NCBI GenBank assembly: GCA_047495785.1
Contig: JBLDXI010000066.1
Span: forward strand, 124,001 to 188,000
DNA length: 64,000 nucleotides
Origin: Lepidodermella squamata
Taxonomy: Eukaryota; Animalia; Gastrotricha
Direction of reading: 5' to 3'
A program made the translations under genes and the position numbers. A model generated the notes under the pieces. That model worked only from the letters and a program-made list of their open reading frames with translations, searched no databases and had not been told where the DNA came from. Position 1 is the first letter of the stretch; each line of letters begins with the position of its first letter. Positions 10,701-23,436 of the stretch are shown one piece after another.

Positions 10701-13700
10701 ATAATTACCCGAAATTTTTTAGCTTTTTCACTAATTTTGGTATTATTTGTAGGAAGAAAAATTGATGAATAATTTGTTCTTAATGTGGAGTTCGTCCCGT
10801 ATTTTGCATTAACATCGAACTGTGTTGATTGATTATTTGATCGAAATTGCATCGAAATTTGATCGATATTCTTAATTTTTTCAGCCTTTTGATGGTGATT
10901 GTGCTGATGGTATTGTGACGAGTAAAAGCAAGCAAGGAAATGGGAATTTTCTAGACACAAGCTTAAAGTCCACATTTCTATCATTTTCTGTGCTTGTTAT
11001 TTATTAGCAAAATTAGGAAAATCGTCAATCATCGGACATAAAAAATGACAACTGAAATCGCGCTAATTCAACTTCGTGATCACCCTGTGATCAAGTGTTG
11101 AAAAATCACAGATGAAATGAAAAATTTGATAGAAATTTGAGCTGCGAGTGGCAGATATCCGCAATTTAAATTATTTTACGAAAATCGAGGAAAAATGCAA
11201 CATTAATTAAAATACCGAGGTTCGATATAATCTATTTGGAGTATTTCAGCGTTGCCATGAATATTAACCTATGCAATTCATGACAATAAACCGGGCTCAA
11301 ATATATGAGCACATTTTCAATTTTATTTATAACTAATAACTATGATAAGAGGCAATTTCATGAGTTCAATTGCAGCGGAAATTCGCAGCCGAGCGGCAGT
11401 CACAGCGCTATTCTGGCTATTATTTTCTGGCTGACCAGTCAATATGGCAAGAATAAATTGGGCTTCAATGCCAGAATGGGATGAAATGATAATCAGCGAC
11501 GAGAAAAAAGTTTTACAAAAATACTAAAAAATATGGGCAAAATGAAATGATAGTCTGGAGAAATGGTTGCGGACCATCGATTTTCGAATTTAAACGACAC
11601 GATCTGGCCTGGAATATTTCTGGACGATTGAGCGGTCTATCACGCTTCAATTAGTATGGCAAAAATCATAGATCAAAGAAACATTAAAAGTTGACTCACA
11701 AACTAAAATAAAAACTCGATTAATGTTTCAAATGCGCGAGTAAAACACTGTTGCGTAATAGAATTAAGACAGTGCATTGTTGAACAACGCAAAAATGAGT
11801 TCAATCGGCATTTACCAAGTTTTCATCCTGTTTTTCACTTGAATTATCTATAGGTAGCGTGCCTCGACTCTTCGTAAATACAAAATAGGTTCATGTTTTC
11901 AATCAGCTTTTAGTACTTATTGATATTTTACCTCGCGATTGCCTGACACAACCTCCCCAACTAAATGCCCATATCGACTAGGTAAAATTCACTTTTCAGC
12001 GATCTTTTTAGCGAATGAATTTTTAAAAAATTGTGATTAAAATTCACCAAGAAATTCCCATAAAGTTGAGCAAATCGTGCTGCTCGCTGCCGATCTATAA
12101 CTATCCTGGTTCTCAAAACGTCTTTCAAAAATGTGCAAGTTGAGTGTTTTTCGGAATTTTCCACTAATTTTTCTCAACTCAAATCTTTTCTTGTAGGACC
12201 TGGAACTTTATTTTCGCAAAGGGCCAGGTGATGGTGTGATCGAATGCCGACCAATGGACCTTGAACAATGCGCTTGTTAGTACCCTTTCCAACCATTCGC
12301 GGTTCGACCATTCGCGGTTTGTTTTTTTCGAAAAATTCAGGATTTTTTTTTAATTTACGCGATAGTTTCAATTTTTTCACTCAAATTTCAGTTCCCCGTG
12401 AGTTTTTTACGTGAAATAATTTATCTAATTGTTAATTTGCTGTAGAATCTAGTCGATTTTTACCACAAGCCAATGCCTGGCAATCAAGTGTTAAACGAAC
12501 TTTGCGCTTTGATTTTTCGATTCACGAGTTTGGGCTAACAGTCGAGGTTCATGGCTTCGATTTCCACCTTGCTCACAATTCTCATCATGGTTTGCCTGAT
12601 AGAAAAGTGAGTTGAAAGTCTACCGAAAATGTGTAATTTTAATTAATTTGTATTGAAAAAAATAATTTTCAATTTTGGAAATAAATTCTTCAATACCTTT
12701 TTTCGTAAAATCCAAACCAATTTTTGGAAAGGTTTATTAATTTTACGGTTTTCTTATGCAATTCTTCCCAATTTTTCTTTCATATTTTTCAAAAAAAAGT
12801 TATCCTGTATATTTTTTAAATGAATTTTTTAATAATTTATGTCCCGTTGTTTTTCCAAATTTCAATAATTTCAATTTTTTATTTTTCATGCATTCAAAAT
12901 ATTGTCAAAATTTCAATCGCTTATTAGCTGAGTCTGAATAAAATGATTTTAGGTTTTCTTAATTTTCGAATTTTACTAAACTGTTCTTATCATGCAGATG
13001 AAGTCCGTCACTGGGTACTGGGTTGGACGAGAGAATGGACGAGAGTCGACGATGGTAACGATGACAATCACTTCTTCTGGCGGCGGCTGTCGACTACTGA
13101 ACTCATGAACATGTTCTTATTAGTTCTCATGACTTATTAATATCTCGTGAAATTTAAATAATTTGAAATAATGTCGAAAATGTATGTTTCTGTGGAATAA
13201 AAATTCATTCGAATTTTAAAGTTGAATTCTTGTACCAGAAACGGAGTAAAAGAAAGCTGGAGGACCAAAACAAGGCGAGGTTTAAGCTGAATTCTGACCC
13301 CATGCATGACCACTGACGGCCAAATGGTTGGCCATGGCATGACCATTTTGCTTGGTAATTCTGGCCCACCGTGGCCCATTCCAAGTTGGCCATGGAAGGT
13401 CCATCATGAGGCCACGAATTTTGGGGCCACCTGGACCCAAATATGAGTGAATTTATTTTGGTCCACCGTGGACCAGATTTTTCCGACAGGGTCCCGTATA
13501 TTTCCAGCCCCACACGCAGTGCCTGAACCAAAATACATCTGCGTTCGTCAAATGTCAGCCTAAAGGAACGTCGTGCCCAGCTGGAAGCATCAGTGGAAAT
13601 ACATTCAATACTCTGAACGATTGCTCAACTTGTAAGCAAATTAATGTCACTTACACGGAATTATTGAATGATTGAGCGGAATTGAATTGTGATTAATGGC

Positions 13701-16693
13701 CTGACTGTGTTTTAGTTTCATGCAGCCAAAAGTGTGCGAATGATGGGACTTGCGTCGCTACAAACAATTGTTCATGTACGCCAGCGTGGCAGGGTTCGGA
13801 TTGTACGACGCGTTAGTCAACACTTACTTTTTAATTCTTCGACAAAGTGTAAAACTGGGTTTTTGAAACAGCAAAATGTACGAATGAGCCATGCTCTGCT
13901 AACGCCCGTTGCGTAACGGCTGGAGGATCATGTTCGTGCGCCCCGGGCTGGAGTGTTCCACCGAATTGTACTAAAGGTATGCGAAACAACGTTGCTAAAT
14001 ATGATTTCAAGATTTCTACTACATTCAGCCGTTTGCTCGGATTGCACTGCTGAAAACCAGCAATGCCTTTTGCCTAGCCAGTGTACCTGCAAGACAGGTT
14101 GGGAAGGAGCCAACTGCACCAAAGGTAGGCTGCTTGTTGTTGGTTGATACGGCACTTATCGATGGTTTCTCCTTATTGAATAGCTATTTGCTCTGATTGT
14201 ACTGGTGAGAACCAGCAATGCCCACAGCCAAACCAGTGCACGTGCAAGACTGGATGGGAAGGAACTAATTGCACCAAAGGTAGGCTACTTAAGGTTATTC
14301 CATAGGAAACCAGATCGATGGTATTGCATAATGTCATTCCCTCACCTCTTTTATCATACCCTTTCCATTAAACAGCCATCTGTTCCGCCTGCGCCGCTGA
14401 GAATCAGCAATGCCTGCTACCTAACCAATGTACGTGCAAAACAGGCTGGGAAGGAACCAACTGCTCCAAAGGCATGCTTGAAGCTATTTTTTACGACACG
14501 CGATCGATGGGACTGAATTTTCTGTATTGAATAGCCATCTGCTCCGAGTGTACTGCTCAGAACCAGCAATGTCTGCAGCCAAACCAGTGCACGTGCAAAT
14601 CAGGTTGGGAAGGTACCAACTGCACTCTGGGTAGGCTGCTCAAGTTACTCCCTCGCCTATTTTATATTTTCCCTACTGAATAGCTATTTGCTCTGATTGT
14701 ACTGGTGAGAACAAGCAATGCCTGCAGCCAAACCAGTGCACGTGCAAGACTGGGTGGGAAGGAACCAACTGCACCAAAGGTAGGCTGCTTGAGTTTGTTT
14801 TCTCACCTGATCGGCAGCGTTATAACGTATCGAATAGCTATTTGCTCGGATTGCGCCGCTGAAAACCAGCAATGTCTGCTGCCTAACCAGTGTACGTGTA
14901 AGACTGGGTGGGAAGGAACTGGCTGCACCAAGGGTAGGCTAGTTAAGGTTTCTCCGTCGCCTCACCAATAGTTTCTTTGTGCTCAACAGCCATCTGTGCT
15001 AACTGCAATAGCCCGAACCAACAATGCTTGCTGCCTGACCAGTGTACGTGCATCGCCCCTGCTAACCAAACATGCGAGCCGCCTAACCTGTGCAATATCT
15101 GGGTGATTCGGCCTGTTTTTCAAATCGCGAGCTGCCGAGGTCTTCGCCATCAAAACTATCTAGCCTACAGCCACCCTGAGCCGAATCCGGAATCAAACCG
15201 AGATTTTCAGTGGAAGAAGCGTACTGGCTTAGCTGGCAGCTGCATTTCATTCGAATCGGTCAACATGCCGAACTATGTATTACGTCACTCCAGCTCTAGG
15301 ATCCTGACTTCTCTGAACGATGGCAGTAGCGCCTTGCTTTCAAACGATGGGACATTCTGTGAAAGGTCCCGCGAAAACGGAGTTTCCTACGAGACTTACA
15401 ACTTTCCCGGCTACTTCATTTACGTCGACTCGAATAACGAAATATGGATTCGCCAGAATGACAATTCAACAGATTTCGCGGTGCGTTCAACGTTTCGTGC
15501 AACAGCCTTGGGTAAGCCACTGCGATTAGGTTTTGTTTTCTAATGATAATTTTTGCGCATAGCTATCTGTACCAACTGCATGGGTGAAAATCGAGAATGC
15601 CTCCAGACTAACCAGTGTACCTGTAAGACGGGATGGGAAGGTTTCAACTGCACGAAAGGTGGGACGCTCGACGTTAGACCCTCACTTATTTTTATGGTTT
15701 CTCCTTAAATAGCCATATGCTCCAACTGCATTGGTGCAAACCAGCAGTGTCTGCAGCCAAACCAATGCACGTGCAAGACGGGATGGGAAGGAACCGGCTG
15801 CACCCAAGGTAGGCTGCATGAGGTTATGTGATGTGTATCATCTGATCCACGGTTTCCCCTTACTGAACAGCAATTTGCTCCGGCTGCACTGCTGCGAACC
15901 AGCAATGCCTCCAGCCAAACCAATGTACGTGCAAGACAGGATGGGAAGGTACCAACTGCACTACAGGTGGGATGCGAGTTGTTGGATTATCTCCTAATTG
16001 ATGGTTTCTTGTCATTTAACAGCCATATGCTCCAACTGCACCGGTTTAAACCAGGAATGCCTTTGGCCCAGCCAGTGTACGTGTAAAACTGGGTGGCAAG
16101 GAACCGGCTGCACTCAAGGTAAGCTGCGTTGTGTTTAAACGATCCCCTATTGTCATGTTTTTCGAACAGCTATCTGCGCAAACTGCACTAGTCCGTACCA
16201 ACAGTGCTTGCAGCCCAATCAGTGTACTTGTATTGCTACAGCCAATCAAACATGCGTGTCGCCCAACCTGTGTACTATTTACTCGATTCGGCCTGTTTTT
16301 CAAATCGCGGGTGGCTATGCTCTTGGCCAATCAAATAATCTCCTGTACAGCAGTCAGGCTAATCCCGTAACGAACCAAGATTACCAGTGGAAGAGGATCG
16401 TTGGCCTTAGAGGCTATTGCTATTCCTTCGAATCCGTCAGCAAGCCCAACTATGTCTTCCGTCACTCCAGCGCTAGGCTCATACTTTCCGTGAAAGACAG
16501 CACTAATACGTTGCTCGTCGCCGACGCGACATGGTGCGAGAGATGCCGTGAATTCGGGGTGGCCTACGAGACCTCTAACTTTCCCGGTTGGTTTCTCTAT
16601 GTCAAATCGAACAACGAGATTTGGGTTGCCCAAAACGATAATACAACAGATTTCACGACGCGTACAACCTTTCAAACACTAGCTATCAACTAA
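7791..16693 (+). CDS. Secreted multi-exon protein: signal peptide, six 4-Cys modules, 8 EGF, EGF-like+AbfB/CBM42, 4 EGF, EGF-like+AbfB/CBM42
   Basis: In-frame exons at 7791-7949, 8012-8053, 8113-8196, 8253-8324, 8385-8462, then from about 9256, 9618, 9783, 9887, 10056 and 13508. EGF exons (CxxC...C.C.TGW.G..C) follow from about 13716. AbfB signature SFESVNMPNYVLRH...DGTF (about 15250) and SFESVSKPNYVFRH...DATW (about 16430). Stop at 16693. Confidence 0.85.
8702..8875. mobile_element. Short MITE-like inverted repeat in intron 5
   Basis: ctataggatgccgcggct ... agccgcggcgtcctatag. Only its left end survives in the copies at about 2650 and 5677. Confidence 0.55.
9014..9039. repeat. Short interstitial (CCCTAA)n telomere-like tract
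   Basis: ctaaccctaaccctaaccctaaccct. Confidence 0.6.
10153..13491. mobile_element. Non-autonomous DNA transposon, CMC/CACTA-like, inside an intron
   Basis: TIRs CCCTGTCGGAAAAA / TTTTTCCGACAGGG flanked by TC on both sides (2-bp TSD), with subterminal GGCCA/TGGCC repeats. Removing it restores a ~50-bp intron like the ~56-bp intron of the paralog at about 43429-43484. Confidence 0.8.
13716..16120 (+). repeat. Diverged ~150-190 bp exon+intron tandem units, one EGF-like module per phase-1 exon (interrupted by the first AbfB exon)
   Basis: Repeated ...cag/CC ATC TGC...ACC AAA G/gtagg structure. Confidence 0.85.
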
Positions 16694-16876
16694 GAATAGC
16701 CACGGAGCAAAATACTTGTTATGTGAACTATTGTTAGGATTTAAACGTATCGTGGCGTTTTCTTGACTTCTTGATTTCGCTACTATAATTGTGATGAAAT
16801 AATTAAATAAAAGTAATACCGTTACTAGTAATGGGATTTTCGCATTTGAAATTTTCCCATTGCTATGCCATATGGA

Positions 16877-17705
16877 TAAGAAAATATTTTAATCTTGATT
16901 TTGTTTTATTAACTTGATTTGTTCGGTCAGAATTTCAAATTACGGAAGATATGGCTGCTTTTATCCTACCACCTTGAGCATTTCCGGTTTGGGTTCATGG
17001 CTGTGTCCTCATCGCAGCTGAAATCCCGCGCAAAATCGGCGCTATTCGCAACAGCGCCTCGCACCCGAATCGGCGCGGGCGAAAACCAAATAGACGGCTC
17101 GTCGTGCCGAAACTTCCGCATCGCCGCGATCCTCTAATAAATTACTTTATATTTATGTAAAAAATGGCCTTGCCACACCCTCTGCACGGTGTCCATTGAC
17201 CACGAGCGTCATCATAGGGCGACTTTGCAGTCTCATGACTGAGGTCTAACTCCGTCTTTTTTTCTGGTCTTGGTCGCGCGGTCGCGCAGTCGTGGTCTGG
17301 CGGTCCTGAAAAAAATGCTCGCTTAAAAATGAGACTGAAAAAAACGATGCACCACCAGGAGTCGAACTAAGGATGTTGGAATAAAAAGCCATGTTTTTGA
17401 TCCGCACTACGCCACCAGCTTGAAGAAATCTGCCGGGAAAGTATTTACACCCATATTGTTGTCAATCGGATCCACTGATGGAAACTCTTAACTGCCATGA
17501 ATTGGTGGCGTAGTGGATCAGAAACATGGCTTTTTATTCCAACAACGAAATTTGCCCCGAAAATGCTATTTTTAAGGTGGACGTCACGCTTGGTTGGAAA
17601 ATACATCGCAAATATTTCATTCGGCGTAAATTGACATGAAATTAGTCGAATCGCTGCCAATTCTATCAATCAGGCCAGTTAAAATTGTCATCCAGCTTAA
17701 AATTT
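16877..17705 (-). pseudogene. Deleted duplicate of the neprilysin 3' end, interrupted by a repeat element
   Basis: About 16877-17130 matches 18245-18500; 17544-17705 matches about 18988-19045 joined to 19445-19545. Confidence 0.8.
17338..17544. mobile_element. Inverted pair of tRNA-like heads (right arm truncated)
   Basis: Minus strand reads TGGCGTAGTGCGG...GTTCGACTCCTGGTGGTGC-ATCG-TTTTTTT. Plus strand reads TGGCGTAGTGGATCAGAAACATGGCTTTTTATTCCAACA from 17506. Confidence 0.55.
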
Positions 17706-17879
17706 CGCAAGACTTGTGTTCAAAATTTGGCATTTCATTTCATTTTGCTTCAACTTGTCAACTTGAAACATCAAGAGAGAAGCTCGGCTCGCTCAGTGTG
17801 ATTGAGCCCAGTTGATAATTAGTACAATGTATGATGAAAACAGCTGATAAAAATGTCTGAAATCACCTCATAACGAATA

Positions 17880-18243
17880 CAGGGTGCTCGAAAAATTTAA
17901 TGCGCATCATTTTAATGAGGAGTTTCAAGAAATTGAGGAGTTCCATTGGCAAAAGAAGGCTTGAAATTCTTCAACTTCTTAAAACTCCTCATTAAATTGA
18001 TGCGCATCGAATTCGCCTTATGCGTAATTTTTGGGCCACCCTGAACAGCGTGCCCGAGAATTTGCGTAACCATGTTTTAATTTGGCAACCTTTGTAGGAA
18101 ATTCAACTGCCTAATTCTTTCAAATTTAACCTACCGGAAGAATATTCCATCTTTTCCGCACTTTAATCGAAGAAATCAAAAATATACTGGGGAAAACCCG
18201 GAAAACCCCTTGCATTTTCCATTCATCTGTCGCGCACCCTGTT
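17880..18243. mobile_element. Two adjacent degenerate Tc1/mariner-type MITEs
   Basis: TA-CAGGGTG...CACCCTG at 17880-18043, then CAGCGTGCCC...CACCCTG. The interior of the second resembles 3470-3836. Confidence 0.55.
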
Positions 18244-18333
18244 GATAAGAATATATTTCAATCTTGATTTTATTTTATCCATTTAATGTTTACGGTCAGA
18301 ATTTCAAATTATGGAAGATATGGTTGTTTTTTT

Positions 18334-21107
18334 TTACCACATTAAGCATTTCCGGTTTGGGTTCATGGGCGTGTCCTCATCGCAGCTGAAAACTCGCGCA
18401 AAATCGGCGCTATTCGCAACAGCGCCTCGCACCCGAATCGGCGCGGGCGAAAACCGAATAGACGGCTCGTCGTGCCGAAATTTCCGCATCGCCGCCTCGC
18501 TGTACGCCGAACAATGCGACTGGGCATAGGCGACGAAAAACAGCAAATCACTCAGCTTCGACGAGTGATTTTTCGCCGGATTCAGGTGGTGAAACAACTC
18601 GTAAGCAACAGGCAGGCTCGCTACATCGGCCATATCCTCGAAAACCGTGGCATAACTCGGCAATTTAACGCCGTAGTGTTTCGCAAAATCCCAATAAAAT
18701 TCCGACACGCAGTCTTTCCGGTCCAATAGGTACATATCCCCGCGGAAAAACGGCGAGCGTAACGACGACCAGCCGTCGAAAATATGCGTCAACTCATGCG
18801 CGAAAACTGTAGACAATTTACCGAATTTCGCTGAATCAGGGTAGTCGTAACGATACGCTGGGTCGATTAACAGAGGCAGGGTGATGGTAACCGCATTATC
18901 CGCCTTAATGTAGAAGCCATACGCCTCTAACGGGTCGTAAGTCGTGAAATTTGACCGGCCAAACGCGAAATCGATCTCGCATTTCAGAACGAAATTCGCG
19001 CCGAAAATCCGATTTTTAAGGTGGACGTCACGCTTGGTTGGAAATTGCGCGTAAAATTCACTGAGGCGTGACGCGTTCATCGCAAATTCTGGCACGCCGA
19101 TATTGAACGCCATTGTATCGACCAGTTTTTTGTAGGTCGTCGCCGTGTTCCAATTGACCTTTTTCGAAGTCGCAATTTCGTTGTAGAGCACAAGTGCGGT
19201 TGCCTTAGCAACACGGGCAATGTCCATCGATGCGTTTTGCGTCAAAAAATTGCGGCGAAACAGCGAACCAATAGCGATAGGCATAACCTGTTTCAACTCA
19301 TTAAGGCAATTTTTCGGCTCAAATTCATCGAAAAAGTCTTTAAAAGGCAATATCGATTTCAGGGTCACGTAATTTTGAATTGTATTTCGCCCGCGATCTG
19401 TGTCTAAGGTATGTCGCAATACGTCGCAAATACCTCGTAAATATTCGCAAATATTTTCATCGGCGTAAATTGAAGTCAAATTAGTCGAATCGCTGCCAAT
19501 TCTATCAATCAGGCCGGTTACAATTTTCGTCCAGCTTAAAATTTTGCAGCAATTGTCGAGTTCAGCCAGGCTGGTTTCAACCAACCATCCATCGCCTATA
19601 GGCTTATTTGCGTTTACGATTTCCAGCTCTTGCTCGAAAGTTGCGAGGTCTTTGACTTCTTGAATAGTTATTCCACCGAAATTGCCAGCAATCAGCAGCA
19701 GATCAGTCGGATTTTCCTCCCCCTCTTTCGGGTTGAAATCGTTGAAGATGGGCCGTTTCATCGCTAGGACGTGCTTCAAATGCCGCCCGACCAACTGGCT
19801 CGTCACGCTTAAATGAACCAGGTGGTTTCGGTTGTAGAATGTCAGTAATTCGAATTTATCCTGGAGGACTGATCGATCGATATCGGTTGATTTATTGAGG
19901 CTCGCCGAGGCGAATGAACCCATCAAATCGACGATTGATTCGAACTCGGCTTTGTTATCAGACCATTTGCTTGATAGGCTGCAGGCATCGTAGTAATCAG
20001 CGATTTTCATATCGGATTCCCATTCGAAATTCGATCGATTATTCTCTATAGCAAAAATTTTAGGAAATTTAAAATATTTCAAAAAATGTTGAAAATTTAA
20101 TAAAAAATTGAAAAATCTTGAATTTTTGTTGAAAATCCGTTATGAATCGAACTCAAAATTATAAAATATTTGTTTCAATATATTTCAAATTTATATAAAA
20201 TTTTACAAATTTTACAAATTTTTCAAAATTTCAGAAAAATTTCGACAAGTAAAATCAAAAGCAAATAAAATCGTTGTTTCAATTTCGGATCAAATTGTTG
20301 CATTTACCGATGAAGCTAAGAAACGCTTCATTAGCCCGTTCGCCTAGAATTTGGCTGAACTCCTTGTACTCTTCATGTTCATTCAACGGATGTACAATCG
20401 CATAGCTGCCGCAGGCGTACTCGTAGAAATCTTCGCAAGGATCAACGGATAAATTCATCCAGTCGAACATTTCTGTGACGTAGTCGAAACAGGCGCGGTT
20501 GCGGCACGACGCCATCACGTCCGCCTCGGTTAAATTGTGCCGATGTTCGTGCATTTTACGCCGCTCGCCCCACGACTCAATAACGTACCACGTGACCAGG
20601 CCGCACGCTAGCATTACAGTTATGAGAAGAGCCGAACGCCGCGGACCGCATTCTTTAGAAAAAAAGGAAAAAATAACGTAAAATGGTTCGAAATATTTGA
20701 AATATTTTCCTTATAGATCAATAATGACCAAGGTACGTGAAAGGATTTCAAAGTGGGTTTACTAGACCTCTTATATTGGAAAAATCACTGATTTTAAAAA
20801 ATCGATATTAAAAATCGATATCGAATCTATCAGATAGGATTGATAACACACAAATTGGGATTATCAAGATGATATAGGAATTTTAGGATCTTGAGCTACT
20901 CGAAATTTTAAATTGAACTTGAAAATGTTGGCTAATTCGCTCTTCATATATTTTCCCAATTTTTGTTTTATTTTTTGGAAAATTATTTTTAAGGATGAAT
21001 AATTATCTCTTACTTTGGCAGCACTGTCCGCTATCTGCACGCCTGCCAGCTAAGCGAGTTGGGCTGTTCCATTCTGCGCCCCCTCCCAAGACTTTACCGC
21101 CTTGCAT
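18334..21107 (-). CDS. M13 (neprilysin/ECE-like) type II membrane metallopeptidase, three exons
   Basis: Exon 1 MQGGKV...QCCQ (21107-about 21014). Exon 2 has a TM helix and VDPCEDFYEYACG. The large exon has DYYDACS, HELTH, EDMAD, LFFVAYAQSHC and FSC...PMNPNRKCLMW. Confidence 0.9.
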
Positions 21108-21784
21108 CGTCGATTATTCTAAAAAAATGAAAAGAAATCAAAATATTTGACGAATTTTGGATCGAAAACTTCTGAAATTCCTAGAAAAGAAATGGTGTAA
21201 TAATGAAAACTGAGAATATTTGCGCATTTTTGCCTCTGTGGTTAGAGGTTACTATAATAAAGTTTTCGCATCCAATCATTAATATAGCCTCCTATACTGC
21301 TTTTATTACCAACCTCCACCGGCCACTGCGTTACAAAATCGCTCTGATACTATGATCAATAATCGATGCGTGTTCGGTGATTATTATAGGAATCATCTTC
21401 ATTACCGCAATTCCCACATTTCCCACGGTTTATGTGCGCTGGTTTTATGACCCCCGCGCATTTCAACGTATATCGATCAGGGTGAGTTATCGCTTTTATC
21501 GCTTCCAAGATATACATAAAAGCGAGAAAAATCATCATTGGTCTTCAAATATTATTCATCCTTTATCTCCAATTTTTCAAAAATTTAGAAAAAAACAATT
21601 TTTCAGGCACGCGCTAACATTTCTCCCCACTATCAAAGCTAATGGCGGCATTATCTGCCTTGATTTCTTATCTTCGTCATTTGTTATCAGAATTTCTTTC
21701 AAAAGATTAGGAAATTCGCAAAGCCACTGCTTTGTCTTCTAACGCCTTCAAGATTTCGAATTTTTCTCTAGTAATATTAGAAAA

Positions 21785-23277
21785 ATGGCAAGCTTCCACC
21801 TCAAAACTTTCACCTTGAATTGCTGGTAAGTGGAAATAGTTGAGTCTAACCAACCTTTAATCCACCTTAAATTCAGGGCTGTTCCGATTATGTCGAAAGA
21901 CACAGCGATAAGGATGCCAGGAATAGGTCGGCATCTCGCTGAATCCGACTACGACATTGTATTTCTGCAGGAGGTTTGGCTGAAAAAATGGTTCGACGTA
22001 ATTTCTGACCAATGCAAAGATCGATTCCCGTACAGCCGCTGCTATTACAGGTAATTTTTCAGATTTTTTAGACATTTTCCTGATTTTTTTTAAATATTTA
22101 TCAGTGGGAGATTAAGCACGTCTGGCCTGGTCATTTTTAGCCGATATCCTATTCTGGACACCTTTTTCCATACTTATATGCTGAATGGTCAATGGTACGC
22201 CCTGGCTCATTGCGATCACCATGTTTCAAAAGGTAAAATTAAAAAAATTAAAAAAAAATCCTAAAAATTCTGAATTTAACCAGGCGTGGCTTACGCTCGA
22301 GTTCTGGTGAATGGAATTCCTGTCGATTGCTTTTTCAGCCATGTAAGTTGGAAATGTCCATTTCTAGGTCAAATTCGATTTGTTTGTTACATTTCAGCTC
22401 CATGCAGTTTACGATCCTAACGAAGATTCTTACGTTGTTCATCGAAACGCCCAGGCCTATGAAATGATGAAATTTGCCGATTTCCTCGCGAATCCAGATA
22501 GAACCGGGCCGAGTTTGACTATCATAGCTGGCGATTTAAATTTGCAAAGCCACGAGCTGGGCGTTCGAATGATCAAACATGCCGGCTTTATAGGTATAAA
22601 TTATTTTCAAAAAATATTAAAAATTATTAAAAATATTTAGACTCATGGGGCGAGGCAAATCCGGGTAACAATGTCCCGACATGCGGCAGGGAAGGTAACC
22701 GGTATATCACGGAAAAATACCGAAAATTATTCCCGGTTGGCGAAAGAATCGATCACATCATGTATCGCCCGCGTAATTTGGAATAAATGGAAAAAAAAAC
22801 TATTTTATTTATTTATTTTCAGAAAATTTGCAATGTGAAGTGGTCAGAAGTGACATTTTTGGTTTCGAAATTCCTAATGGCGATATTCCTTTATCTGACC
22901 ACGAGGCTGTTGTGACAATTTTCAAAATTTCGAAATCGACTGAAAATCCGGTGAATTTCCCGAGTCACAAGTCGAATCGATTGGTGAAAAATGAAAAAAA
23001 TGATCCGCTGCTGGAATTTCGCGAGATGATGGTGAAAAACGAGCGTGACTTCAAGGCGACGTGTAAAAATTGGAATATGTTCACTATGATAATTGCGTTG
23101 CTCGGGATTGTTCTAGTCTCTGTTATTCCATCGCTTTCAAACACGTTTTTCGTGTTTAGCTATTGCTCTGTGATTTTGGGTTGTGTCTTGCATTATTTGT
23201 TAGCTATGCGGCTCGAGCATTGCCATTCTATGGAGATATTAAGCCAGGTTGAGTGTGACCTCAAAACACGACAGTAA
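21785..23277 (+). CDS. Neutral sphingomyelinase (SMPD2-like), multi-exon
   Basis: TLNCW, DIVFLQEVW, SGLVIFSRYP, HLHA, IIAGDLN, RIDHIMY and LSDHEAV motifs, plus two C-terminal TM helices. Confidence 0.9.
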
Positions 23278-23436
23278 TAAAAATGTGAGCGCCAAATGTG
23301 CGACAGGGTGTAGATGACGCACTTTGAAGTTTTATTTATATGACCCATTTCCTGTGAGCTGTCGCGAAATTCGAGATCAACCGCAGTGAAAATGTACATC
23401 GCACGCTCATTTTGCCCAATTTCTTTTCCTAAAAAG

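Noticed and set aside
10197-13531. Short ORFs inside the TIR element as a transposase
   Set aside because: No DDE or CACTA transposase motifs are recognisable; several lie in subterminal repeats.
21377-21742. 121-aa ORF between neprilysin and sphingomyelinase
   Set aside because: GTG start, runs through intron-like AT-rich sequence and has no recognisable domain; a small spliced gene cannot be excluded but is unsupported.
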